64,000 nucleotides of DNA from a virus (Duplodnaviria; Caudoviricetes): IMG/VR virus record IMGVR_UViG_3300035208_007487; one strand, given 5' to 3'. Numbering within the stretch: position 1 is the first letter of the stretch; each line of letters starts with the position of its first letter. The notes below the pieces were generated by a model that did no database searches, was not told the DNA's origin, and worked only from the letters and a program-made list of their open reading frames with translations. This document shows, in pieces, positions 57,750 through 64,000 of the stretch. Both the position numbers and the translations under genes were made by a program.

Positions 57750-60068
57750 ATGTCAACTAAAACAAAAAATCCATTTAGTAATAAAATAGATGGTACTTAT
57801 TTTAATGAATTAGAAGTGAATATTAGATCTGTTACTGATAACTCAACTATATATTATACTATAAATGGAAATGATCCTAATGAATCATCATCATCATTTA
57901 AATCTGGATTAGTTCTTACTTTTAGTAACATTGGAATAATTATATTAAAGTGCGCAGCTAAGGGAGCAGATGTTATAAATTCAGATGGAAGTATTACTAC
58001 ATATTCCTTAAGTGATGTAATAACTTTTACATATACAATAAAAGACAATACCAATTTTAATATAACTGAAACAACAGATAATTATGTAGAAACTCAACCA
58101 AACATATTAGAACCAATTGATGACAAGGGGGCTCAGTTATATGTTGATTTAACTCAATTTATTGGCGAGCATTTAAAAAATCAAGATGGATTTATGGAAT
58201 TAATTTATACTTTTCAAGATTATCTTAATAATGGATTTAGGGAAATTCCAACATATTATAAAACAATAACTTATTCTACAACAAATGATTGTGGAATAGC
58301 TACTAATAATACCTATAAAGAATATTTACCTCCTTACAATCATAGCATTGATATGATTTTAGATTATGAAAATAATTCTCAAAATTTGAATAATAACAAG
58401 GATGATAATTATAATACATTAATAGAAAAATATGATAGAAATAGAGATATTAGTACTTTTGCAATTGATGATGATGCATTAACTATATATAAACAATTAC
58501 ATCCTACATTATTAACCGATGGTGTATATTATGGATCATATAGATATTATAATAACGTAGCTGAATTAATAAAAAAAGTTACTAGTCTATATACAATAAC
58601 GCAAACTTCATATATAAAATCAGATTTAGGCGAATACTTTATACTTGCAACTAAATCTTCATCTGGTACTTATTATAAAACAACTAGTGGATACACTAGT
58701 GATACTACTGATTCAACAATTGAAGATGATACAACTACTTATGAAATAACATATTCATTAGCTAGTACATTATATTCATTTTCAGTATTTTTATCAGTGT
58801 TTGATTCATATAAAGATAATAATTCTGATTTAGAAAATCAATTTGTATTAAAAAATTCATTAGCTGCATTTTTGAGCACTTTTAATGGCTCATTTACTGT
58901 TAATGTATATTTCTGTGGATTAACAGATTTTGCCAATCATTTTACTTATAATGGGGAATTTACTTTAGAATCTACTTTTTATCCAACCTTCTATAATAAA
59001 TTTGATTCATATAACATTGAAGATGATTATAATGCTTATTCAGGTATGTATACTAAAGAAACATTACTTAATTCAAATATATTATTAAATAGATTTAGAA
59101 TTTCAATTAAATTTGATTCATATAATGAATCTATTTTTGAATCAATAAGTAGTAATAATTCGCCAATGACTATTGAATTAAATATGGAATCATTAAATGA
59201 TTTAAATTGGCTCAATACTAATTATCCTAATTACCCGTTATTAGCTCCAAAATTTGAAGTAATATATGAATGGCAAAGTCCTGAAGTATTTTATAATTAT
59301 TTTTCAAGCGAGAATGAATATAGAGTAGATGACAAAAAATCAACTATTCTAGAAAAAATACATAAAATTGCTTACCTAAAAGATCCTGATGTAATTGATT
59401 TTGAATATATACAATTTGTTGCATCTCAAATGGGCTATAATTTGGATATAGATGAAGATGATATTAATGACAATAAATACTATAGCAGTTCAGATGATAA
59501 GCAAAATGCATTAAGATCAATATTAAGAAACTTGCCTAACTTTTATAAAATAAAATGCACAAAGAATGGATTAGAGGCATTATTATTAAGTTTTGGAATA
59601 GTTGGAGATATTGTGTATCTATATACAATAGGAAATAATACTCAGCAAGGTTATGTTGATTTTATTGATAGTAAATTATTAGAAGGTGATTTAAGCGGAA
59701 TGTATGATGATGCTGATCTAGTCGCTTTTAAAGCTGCTAAAATAAACAATGCTTCTTTAGCTTCATCTGTAGCTTCCGATTGGTTTCCATCTCCACATTT
59801 TAGAATAGAGATTGATTTATTGAAACAAGATTTAAGATTAAATGCTGAAAAAATGGGATTAAAATTAATAACTAAAGCAGTAAAAAGAACAAAGCCTATT
59901 AATACTGTTTTTCAAGGTTTCTATGGAAAAATGATGGGAAATTTTGGGTATATATTTGTTCATAAACCAAAGGGTATGATGAAAGGATATGCTAAAGCTG
60001 ATATTAATCCATTATGTGGAAGTGTTGATATTTGGGATAGCCGATGCTTCAATCTAAGGATTGCATAA
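57750..60068 (+). CDS. Baseplate wedge-like protein with an N-terminal Fn3-associated (CHB_HEX_C-like) domain
   Basis: IYYTINGNDP; DPDVID..QFVASQMGY..LPNFYKIK.T..GLEALL..FG (tail protein I / gp7-like); KPINT. Confidence 0.7.
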   Translation: MSTKTKNPFSNKIDGTYFNELEVNIRSVTDNSTIYYTINGNDPNESSSSFKSGLVLTFSNIGIIILKCAAKGADVINSDGSITTYSLSDVITFTYTIKDNTNFNITETTDNYVETQPNILEPIDDKGAQLYVDLTQFIGEHLKNQDGFMELIYTFQDYLNNGFREIPTYYKTITYSTTNDCGIATNNTYKEYLPPYNHSIDMILDYENNSQNLNNNKDDNYNTLIEKYDRNRDISTFAIDDDALTIYKQLHPTLLTDGVYYGSYRYYNNVAELIKKVTSLYTITQTSYIKSDLGEYFILATKSSSGTYYKTTSGYTSDTTDSTIEDDTTTYEITYSLASTLYSFSVFLSVFDSYKDNNSDLENQFVLKNSLAAFLSTFNGSFTVNVYFCGLTDFANHFTYNGEFTLESTFYPTFYNKFDSYNIEDDYNAYSGMYTKETLLNSNILLNRFRISIKFDSYNESIFESISSNNSPMTIELNMESLNDLNWLNTNYPNYPLLAPKFEVIYEWQSPEVFYNYFSSENEYRVDDKKSTILEKIHKIAYLKDPDVIDFEYIQFVASQMGYNLDIDEDDINDNKYYSSSDDKQNALRSILRNLPNFYKIKCTKNGLEALLLSFGIVGDIVYLYTIGNNTQQGYVDFIDSKLLEGDLSGMYDDADLVAFKAAKINNASLASSVASDWFPSPHFRIEIDLLKQDLRLNAEKMGLKLITKAVKRTKPINTVFQGFYGKMMGNFGYIFVHKPKGMMKGYAKADINPLCGSVDIWDSRCFNLRIA

Positions 60069-60078
60069 ATATTTTTAA

Positions 60079-62076
60079 ATGACCATTGTAGAAGCTTTAG
60101 CATTACTTAGAACATTTGGAGTATTTGCATATAACAGTTTTTCTAAAACTGATGCATCCGAATTAGTTATTCAGAAAAATTTAATCGGTGGTAATATCAA
60201 TTTAACAGGAGCTTCTACTGAAATTGGAAAAATTTATCAATATAATATGCCATACTCATTGTATGGAAAAACATTAAAATTAAAAAATACTAATACTTAT
60301 AATGGCAATGTATATTATTATACTTCAATAGATAGTGATAGCTCATTTGTAAATAATGATTTTTCAACCACTAAAAATACTACTGTTTTAGATATTGATT
60401 CAATTTATAATCAAGTAAATGCATATTTTAATTATTTACGAAATTTAGAACAAACTGGAACTAAGAGATATACCACTGCTAATACTACATATTCATTTAG
60501 TGGAACTAATTCAATTAATTACATTAATTTAAGTACAACGGCTGAAATAAGTAATTTTAATGCAGCCACCGTATTATCTTTTAATTTTGATTCAAGTAGT
60601 ATTGTGATTATTAATATAACTACTAGCTCAACTGTAATATTTAATAATAAAACATTTTCATTAACTAATATTAACTCAAGTAATATAATATTTAATATAT
60701 CTGCTCCAAATATAAACATAACTGGAGAAGTAGAAGGAACTGTAGTTGCATTAGATAGTTCAATAATTTCATTAAATGTTGCTAATATATATGGGCAAAT
60801 ATTTGCTTATGATATTTTATCAATAGGGGCCAATACATTATACAATTCACCTTTCGCTTATTTTGATGATTTATATATACCAATATTAAATGAAAATACC
60901 ATAGCATTAACATCTGAAATTGAATCATATTCTAAAAGCATTACTATAACTAATGATAATTCGTTAGCTACTATATTTTATAAAATAAATGATCAAAGTT
61001 ATATTAAATATAGTGATACGTTTGAATTAACAAATATTGGAATTAATTTAATATCATCATATTCAAGTTTATATGGATACACTGATTCAACAGTAGTTAC
61101 CTTGAATACTTCATTAGAATGTAAATGCGCAGCGCCTGACATTATAATAAATGATAATATTGTAACATTCGTATCTGATACATTTGATGCTTCAATTTAT
61201 TATACAATAGATGGAACGTATCCAACTATTGATTCACCTAAAATAGATAATAATGGAACATTTACAATAACCCACGATGGGAAATTTGACATACAAGCTA
61301 TTGCTATAAATGGTGTTTGCTATGATAGTAATATATCGGAATCAATAATATATTATGAATTTCCTGAAACAAGTTTAACTATTAATATATTAAATGACAA
61401 AGACATAGAAGGTAATTATATTGATAACACTGGACTTGGAGTCTTAGTACAAATAATAGATGATAATAATACGGGAACTAATATTTATTATACTGAAGAT
61501 GGCGCAAATCCAATGTATTATGGAACTAAATATACTACACTTTTTTACAGTAAATCTAATAAAATAAAAGCAGTTGCTTACGCAAGTGGAAAAGGTTATT
61601 CAAATATTTTTGAAAGTGAAATAATTGAAATAGGTCATCAATCGTATATAGAACCTTCTGATTTTGTAAAGAATTCAGAATCGAAATCAACAGATTTACA
61701 ATATACTCCACAATACGGTATTGATATGGGTTGGTATGGGCCAACAATATTAGTTGATGATAATACGATATATCAAGCATTAGTTAATATATTATCTACT
61801 TCATTTATGGAAATACCATTTAGATATGATTTTGGATGCTCAATTAAAAGTATGCTATTTGAACTAACAGGTGAGCTAGATTCCACAACTTTTATAGCTA
61901 ATTTAAAAAGTGAAATTGAATACAATGATCCTAGAATAGATATATCTACTACTAATTCTAGTGCATATTTTGATTATTCAAGCAATGCAGTGGTTATTCA
62001 ATTAGAATGGACTAATAAATTAACTGGAGAAACTGCTAGAATAAAATATGATTATTCTTTAGATGGTATTTTATAA
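60079..62076 (+). CDS. Fusion protein: choice-of-anchor-A-like domain, Fn3-associated repeats and a gp25-like baseplate domain
   Basis: VIINI..NIIFN..GTVVA..GQIFA; IYYTIDGTYP, IYYTEDGANP; C-terminal QALVNILST..EIPF..DFGC..LFE..DPRI. Confidence 0.7.
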   Translation: MTIVEALALLRTFGVFAYNSFSKTDASELVIQKNLIGGNINLTGASTEIGKIYQYNMPYSLYGKTLKLKNTNTYNGNVYYYTSIDSDSSFVNNDFSTTKNTTVLDIDSIYNQVNAYFNYLRNLEQTGTKRYTTANTTYSFSGTNSINYINLSTTAEISNFNAATVLSFNFDSSSIVIINITTSSTVIFNNKTFSLTNINSSNIIFNISAPNINITGEVEGTVVALDSSIISLNVANIYGQIFAYDILSIGANTLYNSPFAYFDDLYIPILNENTIALTSEIESYSKSITITNDNSLATIFYKINDQSYIKYSDTFELTNIGINLISSYSSLYGYTDSTVVTLNTSLECKCAAPDIIINDNIVTFVSDTFDASIYYTIDGTYPTIDSPKIDNNGTFTITHDGKFDIQAIAINGVCYDSNISESIIYYEFPETSLTINILNDKDIEGNYIDNTGLGVLVQIIDDNNTGTNIYYTEDGANPMYYGTKYTTLFYSKSNKIKAVAYASGKGYSNIFESEIIEIGHQSYIEPSDFVKNSESKSTDLQYTPQYGIDMGWYGPTILVDDNTIYQALVNILSTSFMEIPFRYDFGCSIKSMLFELTGELDSTTFIANLKSEIEYNDPRIDISTTNSSAYFDYSSNAVVIQLEWTNKLTGETARIKYDYSLDGIL

Positions 62077-62088
62077 TAAATATCAGTA

Positions 62089-64000
62089 ATGGCTAGTACG
62101 ATTGTTAGTGAAAATTTTGCAGACTTAATAGATGAATTTGATATAAATACTGGGGTTTCAACTACTTCATCTGGAGCTAGCTGGAAAATTCTATTTAATG
62201 ATACTATAGGATCAGTAATAAATTCCTCGATTTATTCTACTCCAAACGTTTATGGTAATCATTTAACATACGATTCTTCATTAAAATTATATGGAAGCAA
62301 TGTAGCTGAGACTTATGAAGCATCTCCAATATATACAAACCCTGGATTAACATCTTTAAAATATAATGGATCGGTAACTAATTTAAGCTCTTTTAAAGTA
62401 ACAATAGATTCAATACCAAATAGTACTAATCAATATTACAGAAGCTATGACTTATTTGAAGAAATATCTAATGAATTTTTAGAAGATAATTATCAATTTG
62501 AAAACACTTTCATTGGTCTAAGTAATAGCACTATGAAAATTGGAGTTGTTATATTAAAACCACCTAGTAAATTAAAAATAAAAAATAAAAATCAATACAC
62601 TAATAACCTATTATCATTGGGGGCTATTGGTAAAACATCTGCATGTGATTTAGAAGATGTTTGCGAAGAATCATTAATATCTGAGAATGAAAGGATATTA
62701 GCTTTAGTGTATTGTAAGGATGGATTATATTACAATGCTAGTGGTGCTAGAATTAATTCATTTTCTGAACTAGCTGATGGATATGCTTTTAGATATTTTG
62801 GTAGTGGCACTATTACTGAATTAGATTTAAACAATATTGGTACCGATGGTAGAGTTATATTAGGAACTTTGCTTAGTAAATATACTAATACCAGATATTC
62901 TTCGCCCTTTATTAATACTAAATTAAATACAACTAATAATGTATTGAATACTTCATTTTATCCAACTAAGGATAAAAATTTAGTAATAAATTCATATTCA
63001 ATAAATTCAAATAATACTTTAATAATAAATGTTAGTCAAAAAATAATCAATAATAAATTACTATTATTATTCAACATAAGTAATGGCTTAAATGCTTATT
63101 CTTATTCATCGCTATTAATAACTTTAGATAACCCATCATTAGCATTAACACCTACTATAGAAGTAGTAGATTTTTCAGATAATCCAAGCTTAAGTATTTC
63201 TAGTGTTAATTTAACTTTTGATTCTTCAGCTACTTTAGACGATTCATATAATACTTATTTAAAAAAATATCCTGAGCCTATTGTTACTTTTTATATTAAT
63301 TCAATTCAAGTTGATTATACTGATATCATATTAACTTCATCAGAATCATTAACTGTTAAAATACAAAATATTGCAGTTAATTCAGCTATATATTATAATT
63401 TAACAGGCGCATCTACTCAAAATGGAGCTAGTGGAAATAATATTGTTACATTATCATTAAATACGCCGGGTTCATACACATTAAGTACATTAATTTCAGG
63501 TTGGACTTCTAGTATAACTAATTCAGAAACATTAGCATATAATTTTACAATATATGAGCAAGCACTTCCTCCAACTATTTCATATGTAATAAATGATTTA
63601 GGAAATAGTTTAACAAATACAACAGTTACTTTAAGTTCAACTGAAGATGTAGATATATATTTTAGTATTGATGGAAATATCCCAACTGATGATAATACAT
63701 TTAAATCTGTAAAATATAATAATGTGTGGCCTACTTTCACATTTGAGAGTGGAATTACTATCTATGCATATTCAAAAAATTCAACATATCTAACTAAAAG
63801 CACTGTAGTAAGTTTAGCTATACCAGTATCTAAAACCATTACAACAACTGAACCAATAATTACCGCAATAAAATCAAATGATAATTATTTAATAACTATT
63901 ACTGAATCAGACAGTAATACAATTGTTTATTATACACTAGATGGGTCAACTCCAACTAATAAATCAATAAAATATAATTCATCATTTGAAGTATGCCCTA
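62089..64000 (+). CDS. Virion protein with Fn3-associated repeats (truncated by the window edge; not in the ORF track)
   Basis: Starts MASTIVSENF at ATG 62089; YFSIDGNIPT and VYYTLDGSTPT near the window end; ATAAATA 6 nt upstream. Confidence 0.75.
   Translation, partial: MASTIVSENFADLIDEFDINTGVSTTSSGASWKILFNDTIGSVINSSIYSTPNVYGNHLTYDSSLKLYGSNVAETYEASPIYTNPGLTSLKYNGSVTNLSSFKVTIDSIPNSTNQYYRSYDLFEEISNEFLEDNYQFENTFIGLSNSTMKIGVVILKPPSKLKIKNKNQYTNNLLSLGAIGKTSACDLEDVCEESLISENERILALVYCKDGLYYNASGARINSFSELADGYAFRYFGSGTITELDLNNIGTDGRVILGTLLSKYTNTRYSSPFINTKLNTTNNVLNTSFYPTKDKNLVINSYSINSNNTLIINVSQKIINNKLLLLFNISNGLNAYSYSSLLITLDNPSLALTPTIEVVDFSDNPSLSISSVNLTFDSSATLDDSYNTYLKKYPEPIVTFYINSIQVDYTDIILTSSESLTVKIQNIAVNSAIYYNLTGASTQNGASGNNIVTLSLNTPGSYTLSTLISGWTSSITNSETLAYNFTIYEQALPPTISYVINDLGNSLTNTTVTLSSTEDVDIYFSIDGNIPTDDNTFKSVKYNNVWPTFTFESGITIYAYSKNSTYLTKSTVVSLAIPVSKTITTTEPIITAIKSNDNYLITITESDSNTIVYYTLDGSTPTNKSIKYNSSFEVCP

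Noticed and set aside
221-63740. Short antisense or alternate-frame ORFs in the track (e.g. 221..415, 1230..1604, 8872..9405, 40432..40770, 46720..47175, 63417..63740)
   Set aside because: They lie within or largely overlap well-supported genes and show shadow-ORF composition
1-64000. Stop-codon reassignment
   Set aside because: Conserved genes are full length in code 11, and TAA, TAG and TGA all end genes at expected positions
1-64000. tRNA or rRNA genes
   Set aside because: No cloverleaf or T-loop patterns seen in the few intergenic gaps

Overview
Very AT-rich (roughly 25% GC by eye), gene-dense segment of a large, divergent T4-like myovirus read in genetic code 11. The left and middle parts carry nucleotide-metabolism genes (ThyX, class II RNR, dNMP kinase). 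They also carry T4-type replication/recombination genes: RNase H, UvsW, UvsY, gp46/47, gp43 PolB with a LAGLIDADG intein, UvsX, gp41, gp32, gp61 and a RuvC-like resolvase. Two sigma factors are present (gp55-like and sigma70-like). The right part holds the head cluster (gp13, gp23, gp22, gp21, gp20), probable internal head proteins, and tail/baseplate genes with adhesin domains. Main unexplained features: (1) the only large intergenic region (12235-12907) has a promoter-driven, densely base-paired ~310-nt candidate ncRNA ending in G-runs, pointing into a perfect 106-bp AT-rich duplication beside uvsY, a candidate RNA-primed origin or new ncRNA; (2) early (TGnTATAAT-like) and late ((A/C)TAAATA) promoter motifs sit 5-8 nt before most start codons, implying largely leaderless expression; (3) the few genes with leaders (gp43, gp32, gp23) have RNA-structure switches. 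All protein calls come from motif recognition and synteny, not database searches.
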